Shown: positions 30,280-39,008 of the stretch, in pieces
How positions within the stretch are numbered: position 1 is the stretch's first letter
Layout: every line of letters starts with the position of its first letter
NCBI GenBank assembly: GCA_019745155.1
Contig: JAIETM010000010.1
Location: 59,942-123,941, forward strand
Length of the DNA: 64,000 nucleotides
Reading direction: 5' to 3'
Source: Chitinophagaceae bacterium
Lineage (GTDB): Bacteria > Bacteroidota > Bacteroidia > Chitinophagales > Chitinophagaceae
Notes under the pieces: generated by a model
Seen by the model: the letters and a program-made list of their open reading frames with translations, nothing else
Told to the model about the DNA's origin: nothing
Database searches by the model: none
Translations under genes and position numbers: made by a program

Positions 30280-30576
30280 ATGCATCAACATACCATTAAT
30301 GCGAGCATACAGTTGATTCCTGTCTCACTCAGCAAGCATCCTTATGCTTGGGTGGATGAAGCCATAGCTGTTATTCAAAGTTCAGGTATCAAGCATGAAG
30401 TCACAGCTTTTGGAACAGTTTTGGAAGGCGGTTATGCAGAAGTGATGGATGTGATTCATCAAGTACAAGAACATATGTTGTCGATAGGCTGTGAGGAGTG
30501 GATTAGCCAAATCCAAATTCAAATCAGAAAAGATGGTCCAATCACAGGGGATGCTAAAACAGAAAAGTTTCGTTAG
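30280..30576 (+). CDS. MTH1187/YkoF-like thiamine-binding family small protein
   Basis: 98 aa. ASIQLIPV...TAFGTVLEG pattern of the ferredoxin-like MTH1187 family. Confidence 0.65.
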   Translation: MHQHTINASIQLIPVSLSKHPYAWVDEAIAVIQSSGIKHEVTAFGTVLEGGYAEVMDVIHQVQEHMLSIGCEEWISQIQIQIRKDGPITGDAKTEKFR

Positions 30577-31289
30577 CGGGTCAATCGCTGCATTTTTGTA
30601 AAGCTCAAGTCCATTAACGGAAATTTTTTGGCAGCATCTGGCCAACTATAATGCCACCATTCAGTACTGAGTGGCAGGAATCCATGTTTCATCATTGTTT
30701 GTTTTAATAATTGGCGGTTTTTCAGCACTTGTTCTGGTAGGGCCCTAAAGTCGTGGTGGGCGGTATCACTAAAATGATCGAAATCCGTACCCATGTCTAG
30801 CACATTGCCAGTTTTCAGATCGTATAGCGTTAAATCAACAGCTGCACCGCGGTTATGGCCGCTCCCTTTCGCTGGGTTGGCAGCATATCGTTCATCAGGA
30901 ACAATCGACCACATTTTCCTCGTAACCCGATAAGGTCGGTAGGCATCAAACAAAACAACACCTAATCTGATGGTATTCAGTTCTTTATTCACTTTTGCCA
31001 AGGCCAATGCCGGTTCTTTTCTCAAATAGGCTTCAGGTGATTTGTATAGAATTTCCCGAGTGAAATTATCATAACTGGCATATTTCCAGTTAGTTATAAG
31101 ATTTGGGAGCAGATTGTTAACCGATATCATTGCCTGATTGCTATCCAACCTGATATGTTTACGTATTTCAGTTACCGAGCTAATGACTGGCGGCTTTTGT
31201 GGCACGACTTTTGGCAAAGGGGTGCAACTGGCAGCAATGACTGTAAGAAAAGCTAGGTGATGTAAAGTTTGTACAATGCGGCTTGCCAT
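30573..31289 (-). CDS. D-alanyl-D-alanine dipeptidase (M15D, VanX/DdpX-like), probable lipoprotein
   Basis: DAYRPYRV, SGHNRGAAVDLTL and WWHY motifs. N-terminal LTVIAASC lipobox-like signal. Confidence 0.85.
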   Translation of the reverse strand: MASRIVQTLHHLAFLTVIAASCTPLPKVVPQKPPVISSVTEIRKHIRLDSNQAMISVNNLLPNLITNWKYASYDNFTREILYKSPEAYLRKEPALALAKVNKELNTIRLGVVLFDAYRPYRVTRKMWSIVPDERYAANPAKGSGHNRGAAVDLTLYDLKTGNVLDMGTDFDHFSDTAHHDFRALPEQVLKNRQLLKQTMMKHGFLPLSTEWWHYSWPDAAKKFPLMDLSFTKMQRLTR

Positions 31290-31311
31290 GAATCCTTAAA
31301 TTTAACCAAAG

Positions 31312-31722
31312 ATGAAAAAGTGGATAACGATATGGGTGTTTTTATTTTTAATCGCTGATAATCAGCTGTTTGCAAATGATACAACTCAGCCAAAGGCGCA
31401 CTCAACCATTACGGGCACTGCCAGTTATTACAGTAAAAAGTTTGAAGGCAGAAAAACCGCTACAGGTGAGCGTTTTCATCATAAAAACTTGACTGGTGCT
31501 AGTAATAATTTTAAGTTGAACACTTGGGTGAAAGTTACAAACATCAAAACGGGTGCTTTTGTGGTGGTTCGAATCAATGACCGGATGCACAGGAATATGA
31601 AAAAAAAGGGGAGGGTAATTGATCTTACACGCAGCGCAGCTGCTAAAATTGGCATCCTTAGCAAAGGATTGGCTAAAGTAAGGGTGGAATTGGCCGAAAA
31701 GCCGTCGCAAACAAGCAATTAG
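31312..31722 (+). CDS. rlpA: RlpA-like septal-ring lytic transglycosylase (DPBB domain)
   Basis: GTASYYSKKFEGRKTATGERF and VRINDR motifs, plus a signal peptide. Confidence 0.85.
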   Translation: MKKWITIWVFLFLIADNQLFANDTTQPKAHSTITGTASYYSKKFEGRKTATGERFHHKNLTGASNNFKLNTWVKVTNIKTGAFVVVRINDRMHRNMKKKGRVIDLTRSAAAKIGILSKGLAKVRVELAEKPSQTSN

Positions 31723-31796
31723 AAATATAAACATATCTTAATTTTCGTGAAATGGTGCTCAGCCATTATTTTTGTACAACTTTTAAAAACCTGAAT

Positions 31797-33140
31797 ATGA
31801 AGAAACTCATTTTGCTATTTGTAGTGGGTGCGTTCGCTGCAAGTGGTATTGCGCAAACAACCAATCTTAAAAAGAGGCCTACACTGGGCATCAATTTTAT
31901 GATGAAGGACTTTGTAACTCCTGAACGCATTGCTTCAACTTCTCTTTCCTCTGTAATTCAGAATAAGCAATGGCAGAAGATGCGTAACATGACACCAGGT
32001 CTGCAGGTTACATATCAGCAGGGTCTAACTGACCATGTTGATTTCATGGCAAATCTGGGTGGTTCTTTCTTAGACTATCCTTTCTTATACAGTTCTGGTG
32101 TTAGAAGAACTGGTAGCGACAAGTTTTTATTAGAAGCAGATGCTAATGTGAATATCAAACTGTTAACAGACAATTATTTTGTTGTTCCATTCTTCTCTGC
32201 TGGTCTTGGTGCTTCCATGTATGGTGGTACTTACTTCGCTGCATATGCACCGGTAGGTACTGGCTTGCAATTTAAGTTAAGCGAAGACGCATATTTAACT
32301 ACTCAATGGAGATATCACCTGAGAGTATCTAGCCTTGCAAACTATCATTTCAACTATTTGATTGGATTTGCATCACCAATTACAGATCCTAAGCCTGTAG
32401 CTGCACCAGCTCCACCACCACCACCACCACCGCCACCACCACCTCCTGCTGATACAGACAAGGATGGTATCATTGATGATAAAGACAAGTGTCCAACTGT
32501 ACCAGGCGTTGCTAAGTACGATGGTTGTCCAATTCCTGACACTGATGGTGATGGTATCAACGATGAGAACGATAAGTGTCCAACTGTTAAAGGTCTGGCT
32601 AAATACCAAGGCTGTCCAATCCCTGATACTGATAAAGATGGTATCAATGATGAAGAAGATAAGTGTCCAACTGTACCAGGCGTAGCTCGCTACCAAGGTT
32701 GTCCTATTCCTGATACTGATGGTGATGGTGTTAATGATGAAGAAGATAAGTGTCCAAAAGTACCTGGCGACAAGGCTAACTTCGGTTGTCCTAAGATTGA
32801 AGCCAGCGTTAAGTTGAACAATATTCAGTTCAAGACTGGTAGCGCTGTATTGTTGCCAATCGCATTGAAAGAACTGAAGAAAGTAAACGATTACCTGAAA
32901 GCAAACACTGGCTTTGATGTGGTTGTAGAAGGCCATACTGATAATGTAGGTAAGCCTGCTAACAACAAGGTTCTGTCTCAGAAGCGTGCTCAGTCAGTAG
33001 TAAACTATCTGGTGAAACTGGGAACTCCTAAAGAGCGTCTGTCTGCTGCTGGTTACGGTTCTGAGCAACCTGTAGCTGATAACAAGACTGCTGCTGGTCG
33101 TACTCAGAACAGAAGAGTTGCCTTCAAGATCAAAGGTTAA
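31797..33140 (+). CDS. OmpA-family outer-membrane protein with a poly-Pro linker and thrombospondin type-3 repeats
   Basis: Signal peptide, N-terminal beta-barrel, 12 consecutive Pro residues, four DxDxDGxxDxxDKCP repeats, and a C-terminal OmpA domain (GHTDNVG...NRRV). Start at MKKLILLF. Confidence 0.9.
   Translation: MKKLILLFVVGAFAASGIAQTTNLKKRPTLGINFMMKDFVTPERIASTSLSSVIQNKQWQKMRNMTPGLQVTYQQGLTDHVDFMANLGGSFLDYPFLYSSGVRRTGSDKFLLEADANVNIKLLTDNYFVVPFFSAGLGASMYGGTYFAAYAPVGTGLQFKLSEDAYLTTQWRYHLRVSSLANYHFNYLIGFASPITDPKPVAAPAPPPPPPPPPPPPADTDKDGIIDDKDKCPTVPGVAKYDGCPIPDTDGDGINDENDKCPTVKGLAKYQGCPIPDTDKDGINDEEDKCPTVPGVARYQGCPIPDTDGDGVNDEEDKCPKVPGDKANFGCPKIEASVKLNNIQFKTGSAVLLPIALKELKKVNDYLKANTGFDVVVEGHTDNVGKPANNKVLSQKRAQSVVNYLVKLGTPKERLSAAGYGSEQPVADNKTAAGRTQNRRVAFKIKG
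32412..32447 (+). repeat. 12 consecutive proline codons (CCA/CCG/CCT microsatellite)
   Basis: cca cca cca cca cca cca ccg cca cca cca cct cct, read in the OmpA-family frame. Confidence 0.95.
32451..32798 (+). repeat. four tandem 87-bp repeats encoding TSP3 calcium-binding repeats
   Basis: The 29-aa units are DTDKDGIIDDKDKCPTVPGVAKYDGCPIP, DTDGDGINDENDKCPTVKGLAKYQGCPIP, DTDKDGINDEEDKCPTVPGVARYQGCPIP and DTDGDGVNDEEDKCPKVPGDKANFGCPKI. Confidence 0.95.
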
Positions 33141-33156
33141 TTAAAAGCACTTCGAT

Positions 33157-33188
33157 AAAAAAAGCGGATGAATTTCATCCGCTTTTTT
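33157..33188. terminator. bidirectional intrinsic terminator (ompA-family gene / murB)
   Basis: GCGGAUG-AAUUU-CAUCCGC hairpin flanked by an A7 run and a U6 run. Confidence 0.75.
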
Positions 33189-33214
33189 ATTGTCTGTGAG
33201 TGAGCCAAGATTGA

Positions 33215-34231
33215 TTAAAGGATGTTGACTTCTCTTTCCAGCGTTATACCAAACTTATCTGCAACAGAAGCAATTATGGCTTCAGATAAATCCATAATCT
33301 CTTTTCCACTTGCAGAACCATAATTTACCAATACCAATGCTTGCTTGCTATGGCAGCCAGCATCCAACTTTCTGTAGCCCTTCCAACCGCATTGCTCAAT
33401 TAACCAACCTGCGGCAATTTTTTTTGTATCAGCACCCGCAGTATAAGAAGGCATTTGCGGATATTGTTCTTTTAGGCTTTCATGTAAGCTTACTTCAATT
33501 ACTGGGTTCTTAAAAAAGCTACCGGCATTACCAATAACAGCTGGATCTGGTAGTTTACTTTGTCTGATGCGAATCACCGCAGCAGCAATATCCTTAATGC
33601 TTGGTTGCTGAATACCTGCGGCTATTAATTCTTGTTCTATTGCACCATAACTGGTATTCAGTTTTGCTTGTTTATTGAGGCGAAATGTAACTGAAAGTAT
33701 AATGTATTCTCCTTTTAGCGCTCGCTTGAAAACACTCTCTCGATAGCCAAATGCACAGTCTTGATTAGTGAATTGTTGTACCCTTTTTTCCTTGATGTGA
33801 TAGGCGCTAACTTCTGTGATAAAGTCTTTTACCTCTACACCATAAGCACCAATATTCTGCATGGGTGATGCTCCTACATTGCCGGGTATCAAGCTTAGAT
33901 TCTCTAATCCCGCATAATTGTTGTCAACACACCAAGTAACAAAGCTGTGCCAGTTGGTGCCCGCTTGTGCACGTACATAATAATGTGCTTGGTCTTCATG
34001 GATAAGTTCGATACCGGTTAATTCGTTTTTGAGTACTACGCCATCTATGTCTTTGGTTAAAAGAATATTACTGCCTCCGCCAAGAATGAATAATTGATTA
34101 CTTGATAGTACACGAGGATCGGAAAGCAATGATTCCAGCTGTTCCATATTTTGAAACGAGGCAAAGTATCTGGCATTCGCCTGAATGCGAAAACTATTAA
34201 AGGGCAGCAATGAAATATTTTCTTGTAGCAT
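33215..34231 (-). CDS. murB: UDP-N-acetylenolpyruvoylglucosamine reductase
   Basis: FAD-binding ILGGGSNIL, GNAGSFFKNP and AAGWLIEQCGWKG motifs. Confidence 0.93.
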   Translation of the reverse strand: MLQENISLLPFNSFRIQANARYFASFQNMEQLESLLSDPRVLSSNQLFILGGGSNILLTKDIDGVVLKNELTGIELIHEDQAHYYVRAQAGTNWHSFVTWCVDNNYAGLENLSLIPGNVGASPMQNIGAYGVEVKDFITEVSAYHIKEKRVQQFTNQDCAFGYRESVFKRALKGEYIILSVTFRLNKQAKLNTSYGAIEQELIAAGIQQPSIKDIAAAVIRIRQSKLPDPAVIGNAGSFFKNPVIEVSLHESLKEQYPQMPSYTAGADTKKIAAGWLIEQCGWKGYRKLDAGCHSKQALVLVNYGSASGKEIMDLSEAIIASVADKFGITLEREVNIL

Positions 34232-34233
34232 AT

Positions 34234-36675
34234 TTATTGCGGGTCTATATCGGGAATGATGTGAACACTTCTGTATACTTTATGCTGAGATATTATGAGC
34301 ATTTGTTGTTGAATCAAATATTTGCTTTGTTGCAAAAACTGTGCGTCTTTCGGAATCTTCAAGAGCACTTCCCAGATGTATTGATTTCGAACACGGTTCA
34401 CAACAGGCTGTGATGGTCCGCTTAGGTATTTTCCTAAGTAGGTGTGCAGACCATTGCAGAAATGATGTGCCGCTTCTTCAGCAATATGTTCATATTTGTT
34501 TTTAAACACAACCCTGATTAATCTGGAAAACGGCGGGTAGAAAAATTGTTGTCTGCTTTCCAGCTCTGCGGTATACATGGCTTCATACGCATGTACTTGT
34601 ACCGCTTTTAGTACAGGATGTTGCAGATTACTTGCTTGAATCAATACTTGTCCGTGTGCATTTTTTCTTCCAGCTCTGCCACTCACTTGTTCCATCAAAT
34701 GAAAGCCACGTTCGTTTACCCTGAAATCAGTAAAGCTTAATAAACCATCTGCATCAATAATACCTACTAGATTCACATGCGCAAAGTCCAAGCCTTTTAC
34801 CACCATTTGTGTGCCAATCAGGATATCAATTTTCTGATCTTCAAACTGACGGATAATGGTGTCATGATCATGTTTGCCTTTTACAGTATCATGGTCCATT
34901 CTAGCCACCCTTGCATCAGGAAATAGCTCTAATACAGTTTCTTCAATTTTCTCTGTCCCAAAATTGCGTTGCACAAATTGGTGGCTGCCACAAGCAACAC
35001 AGGTTTGAATTGGCGGATAGGTGGTGCCACAGTAATGGCAAGCTAATTTGTGTTTGGCCTTATGGTAGGTGAGGGTTACATCACAATGCTCGCATTGAGG
35101 TATCCAGCCACAAGTCTGACAGATAAGATAAGGAGCATACCCTCGTCTGTTTTGAAATAAAATTACCTGCTTCTTCTCTGTAAGTGTCGCTGCAATCTTT
35201 TCTTGTAACGCAGGACTGATCAAAACAGCTTCGGCTTTTCCCTTAAGAAAGGGCTTCATGTCTACTATTTCTATACTAGGTAATTCGCCTTCGCCAAATC
35301 TTTCTGTCAGTGATACATATCCATACTTCAGCTGGGCTGCATTAAACCTGCTTTCAATGGATGGAGTACCACTACCCAGTAGCACTTTGGCTTTAAATAG
35401 ATTGGCAAGGAATATAGCAGCATCTCTTGCCTGATATCTCGGTGCGGGATCTTGTTGTTTAAAAGAGGGGTCATGTTCTTCATCAATGATTACCAACCCT
35501 AAGTTGGTAAAAGGTAATAAAGCTGCCGATCTTGCCCCAAGCACCACTTTTAATTCATTCTTACATACTTTCTGCCAAATCTCTACTCTTTCATTATCGT
35601 TAAACTTAGAGTGGTAAATACCAATATGCCCTCCGAAATGTGCTTCCAGCCTTCGGATAATCTGCGCTGTTAAAGCAATTTCAGGTAACATGAAAAGTAC
35701 CTGCTTGCCATGTTGAATCTGCTCTTCAATTAATTGAATGTATATCTGTGTTTTGCCACTGCCGGTAATGCCATGTAATAAGCAAACGTCTTTACTTTTA
35801 AAAGAATTAAGTATTGCATCCTTGGCTTTTGTCTGTGCTGGTGACAGCTCAAACTGGCTATTGATTTCAGCTTTTGATCGTTGAATTCTATCGATATTTC
35901 TGCTAACGACTTTCAGTACTTGCTTTTCTATCAAACCCTTTAATTGGGCACTAGTTGCATTAGCTTTCTTGAGCAAATTCGTTTGGGTTACTTCGTGCTC
36001 TGTTTGTTGTAAATGCAAATAAGCAAGTAGTAATTCCATTTGTTTGGGTGCCCTGCTCCAGTTGTTGAGTAGTTCTTCCAGCTTAGCTTCATCCTTATAG
36101 GTGTCCTGCAGTAGAATGTATTTTTCCTTTTTCGGTTTGTAGCGCTCTTTTAATTCCTCCCATACATAGCAAACATCTTTTTCGATGAGTCGCTTAATTA
36201 CGGGATACACATGTGTAACTGACAGCAAGTTTTGTACTTCGCTCAACTTCAATTCTCGCTTCAACTCTAAAGCTTCAGTAACGATGTATTCTTCATCAGT
36301 TAATTGTTCGGGCGTATAGTCGCCACCTTCATTCCATACCAAAATACTTTCACTAGAAAGTTTGAGGTTGGCAGGTACAGCTGCTTGCATCACTTCGCCT
36401 TCACTACAGAGATAGTAGGCAGCAATCCATTCCCAAAATTGTAATTGTTGTTCGTGAACGATAGGTGTACTATCTAATACCTGAATGATCTCTTTTGGCT
36501 TAAATCTATCTGGTGCTTGCTGAATGACTTTTTTGACAATACCCGCATACTTTTTATGCTTACCTAATACTACTTCAACACGTACACCTGGTTGCACTTG
36601 TTGCTGTAAATGTGCCGGTACAGCCCAAGTATAGTTTTTAGGTAGTGCTAGTGGTATGACAACTTCTACAAACAA
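34234..36675 (-). CDS. priA: primosomal protein N' (replication restart helicase)
   Basis: 813 aa. Walker A GITGSGKT, DEEHD box and Cys-rich zinc-binding region CQTCGW...CEHCD...CHYCG...CVACGS. Confidence 0.95.
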   Translation of the reverse strand: MFVEVVIPLALPKNYTWAVPAHLQQQVQPGVRVEVVLGKHKKYAGIVKKVIQQAPDRFKPKEIIQVLDSTPIVHEQQLQFWEWIAAYYLCSEGEVMQAAVPANLKLSSESILVWNEGGDYTPEQLTDEEYIVTEALELKRELKLSEVQNLLSVTHVYPVIKRLIEKDVCYVWEELKERYKPKKEKYILLQDTYKDEAKLEELLNNWSRAPKQMELLLAYLHLQQTEHEVTQTNLLKKANATSAQLKGLIEKQVLKVVSRNIDRIQRSKAEINSQFELSPAQTKAKDAILNSFKSKDVCLLHGITGSGKTQIYIQLIEEQIQHGKQVLFMLPEIALTAQIIRRLEAHFGGHIGIYHSKFNDNERVEIWQKVCKNELKVVLGARSAALLPFTNLGLVIIDEEHDPSFKQQDPAPRYQARDAAIFLANLFKAKVLLGSGTPSIESRFNAAQLKYGYVSLTERFGEGELPSIEIVDMKPFLKGKAEAVLISPALQEKIAATLTEKKQVILFQNRRGYAPYLICQTCGWIPQCEHCDVTLTYHKAKHKLACHYCGTTYPPIQTCVACGSHQFVQRNFGTEKIEETVLELFPDARVARMDHDTVKGKHDHDTIIRQFEDQKIDILIGTQMVVKGLDFAHVNLVGIIDADGLLSFTDFRVNERGFHLMEQVSGRAGRKNAHGQVLIQASNLQHPVLKAVQVHAYEAMYTAELESRQQFFYPPFSRLIRVVFKNKYEHIAEEAAHHFCNGLHTYLGKYLSGPSQPVVNRVRNQYIWEVLLKIPKDAQFLQQSKYLIQQQMLIISQHKVYRSVHIIPDIDPQ

Positions 36676-36701
36676 ATCAGGTATTTGCTCAAAAATACGG
36701 C

Positions 36702-37463
36702 TTAGGCATCAGGATATGTGCGATATCTACGCAAGCCAGCGTCCATGGCTTTGTAGACTTTTTCTTTTAACAAAGCAATGTCTTGCATCGTATATCCATT
36801 CACAGGAATTTCTTCCAAGAAAACTGTCCTGCATTTGCCCGGTGTCATGGCAAATACGCTGCTGTAATGCATACGCTCGAGCGTATCAACAAACAGTATG
36901 GGTTTGATCGGCGTTTCTGTTTCAATGGCAATGCGGAATGCGCCATCGTAAAAATCTTTCAGTGGCTTTTCAGTAAGATTAAATGTGCCCTCTGGAAAAA
37001 TGAAAATGGAAATGTTATTGTTTAACGCTGATTTCAAGGCGCGAACACTTTTCGCTCTTTTTTCCGGACTTCTTCTGTCTACCAATACCACTGCAGCGCG
37101 ATAGATCAAGCCAAAGATGGGCACTTTCACCATTTCGTATTTCCCCAACACTCTGTAAGGTTGTTTGATGGCAATAACAATGGGGGGGATATCCATATAG
37201 GAAATATGGTTGGCTACAAAAATGTAGTGCTTAGAGCGATCATGTGGTGTTTCATAAATCTCTTCATGTCTTACGCCGATGAGCCAAAACCAAATTTGTG
37301 CCCACCATTTACAAAAAAAGTAAACCAGATTGCCCCCTTTGATTTTTCCAAAAGCAAGCGCTACAAATACAATAGGAACGACATTCAAAATAGTGAGGCA
37401 TGCGAAGATGATGCCAGCATACAGGCTATAAATAGCTTTCAGCAGGGGTTTCAGGGCATTCAT
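36702..37463 (-). CDS. plsC: 1-acyl-sn-glycerol-3-phosphate acyltransferase
   Basis: ANHISYMD (HX4D) and FPEGT motifs, plus an N-terminal TM helix. Confidence 0.88.
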   Translation of the reverse strand: MNALKPLLKAIYSLYAGIIFACLTILNVVPIVFVALAFGKIKGGNLVYFFCKWWAQIWFWLIGVRHEEIYETPHDRSKHYIFVANHISYMDIPPIVIAIKQPYRVLGKYEMVKVPIFGLIYRAAVVLVDRRSPEKRAKSVRALKSALNNNISIFIFPEGTFNLTEKPLKDFYDGAFRIAIETETPIKPILFVDTLERMHYSSVFAMTPGKCRTVFLEEIPVNGYTMQDIALLKEKVYKAMDAGLRRYRTYPDA

Positions 37464-37472
37464 CTACCGAAC

Positions 37473-38315
37473 TTATGAAAGTTTATGTAAACTCAGCAGC
37501 TTGTAGAAATAATGTTCGGGCCACTGGAATTGCGGTGTACCTGTTTTCGGGAAGATGCCAAATACAGTACTACCACTGCCCGACATGGCCGCATAGACCG
37601 CCCCTTGCGTATATAATTGCTCAATGGCTTTGCCGATTTCGGGATAGTGTGTTACTATGGGCGCTTCAAAATCATTAATAAGTTTCCCGCGCCAGGTTTC
37701 AGGTGTGTGTTGAACGATGGATGCACAATCATACTCAGGCAAACCTGGTGTAATCTGCTGAAATGCCCAACCCGTTGGAACATGAATACCGGGGTTGACA
37801 ATGGCTATTGAATAGGCACTTAAGTCGAGCTGCACGAGATTTAAATCTTCGCCTCTGCCTTTGCCTATGGCAGGTTTATTGACGATAAAAAATGGGCAAT
37901 CCGAACCCAACTGTAATGCATAATTGATCAATTGAGCTTGGCTTAATTGCAGCTGAAACTGCTCATTGAGTAAACGGAGCGTAAAAGCACCATCGGCACT
38001 GCCGCCACCCATGCCAGCACCCATTGGAATAACTTTATGCAGGTGTAATTCGATAGGAGGCAGGTTGGGGAAATCAGTTTTTAAAAGGCGATAAGCTTTT
38101 ACGCAAATATTATCGTCGGCATTTCCTGCAACAGCCAAGCCTGTGCTGTGTAAAACCACTTCCTCTTTCGCATCACGCTGTTGCTGTGGTACGATCTCTA
38201 AAATGTCTTGAAGAGGAATGGGGTAGAAAATGGTCGACAAGTCATGAAAGCCATCAGCTCTTTTCCTGAGAATATTTAGGCCCAGATTGATTTTGGCATT
38301 GGGAAAAACCACCAT
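37473..38315 (-). CDS. ispE: 4-(cytidine 5'-diphospho)-2-C-methyl-D-erythritol kinase
   Basis: PNAKINLGLNI and PMGAGMGGGSADGA GHMP-kinase motifs. Confidence 0.92.
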   Translation of the reverse strand: MVVFPNAKINLGLNILRKRADGFHDLSTIFYPIPLQDILEIVPQQQRDAKEEVVLHSTGLAVAGNADDNICVKAYRLLKTDFPNLPPIELHLHKVIPMGAGMGGGSADGAFTLRLLNEQFQLQLSQAQLINYALQLGSDCPFFIVNKPAIGKGRGEDLNLVQLDLSAYSIAIVNPGIHVPTGWAFQQITPGLPEYDCASIVQHTPETWRGKLINDFEAPIVTHYPEIGKAIEQLYTQGAVYAAMSGSGSTVFGIFPKTGTPQFQWPEHYFYKLLSLHKLS

Positions 38316-38323
38316 AATTGGGG

Positions 38324-38923
38324 TTATTTACGCTTATTGATCTCGTCGCGGATTGCAATAGCACGGATATAGTCTTCCTGTTCCAGCACATCATTCAGCA
38401 ATTGCTGCAAATCTTCTAAACTCATGCTGTGTAAGTCTTCTTGAGAGGCACTAGCCGCAGAAGGCTCTTCTACATCACCAAAAGCTTCTTTCTTCTTTTT
38501 GCCTGTATTGCCGTCTTCCATTAAAATACCGGCACTTTCTAAAATATGCTCGTAGGTATAGATTGGGCAACCAAAACGCACAGCTAAAGCCAATGCATCG
38601 CTGGTACGGCTATCAATCTCAACAGTGTCATGTTCACTAACACAAACCAGCTTGGAGTAGAAGATGCCTTCTTGTAGATCGCTGATGATGATTTCAGTGA
38701 GCTCTACATTGAAAGCATTCATGAAGTTTTTCATCAAATCATGGGTAAGGGGCCTGCTGGGTTGCATACGCTCCAAGGCTACGGCAATGGCTTGAGCTTC
38801 AAAGCCACCAATAACAATAGGCAGTCTTCTCAGACCATCTACTTCTCCCAGAACCACCGCATACGAATGCGTTTGTGTGATACTATGGCTCAGGGCCACT
38901 ATTTCCAATTCTAGCTTCTTCAT
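38324..38923 (-). CDS. bifunctional nuclease family protein (DUF151) with C-terminal UVR motif
   Basis: LPIVIGGFEAQAIA and RPLTHDL motifs, with C-terminal DYIRAIAIRDEI. Start at MKKLELEI. Confidence 0.8.
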   Translation of the reverse strand: MKKLELEIVALSHSITQTHSYAVVLGEVDGLRRLPIVIGGFEAQAIAVALERMQPSRPLTHDLMKNFMNAFNVELTEIIISDLQEGIFYSKLVCVSEHDTVEIDSRTSDALALAVRFGCPIYTYEHILESAGILMEDGNTGKKKKEAFGDVEEPSAASASQEDLHSMSLEDLQQLLNDVLEQEDYIRAIAIRDEINKRK

Positions 38924-39008
38924 AAACTGGTGCACGAAATTAGTTGAAAATGCCTCAAAAAGAACAGCTGGTTTTTTGACTTTGGCTTTAGTAACTTAGG
39001 CATCCTTA

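Noticed and set aside
31566-31575. tRNA T-arm-like string GGTTCGAATC.
   Set aside because: It lies inside the rlpA coding frame (VVRIND) and has no acceptor, D or anticodon arm context. I recognised no tRNA cloverleaf anywhere in the window.
32451-32798. Regular tandem repeats that might be mistaken for a CRISPR-like array.
   Set aside because: The 87-bp units are contiguous with no spacers, in-frame, and encode thrombospondin type-3 repeats of an OmpA-family protein.
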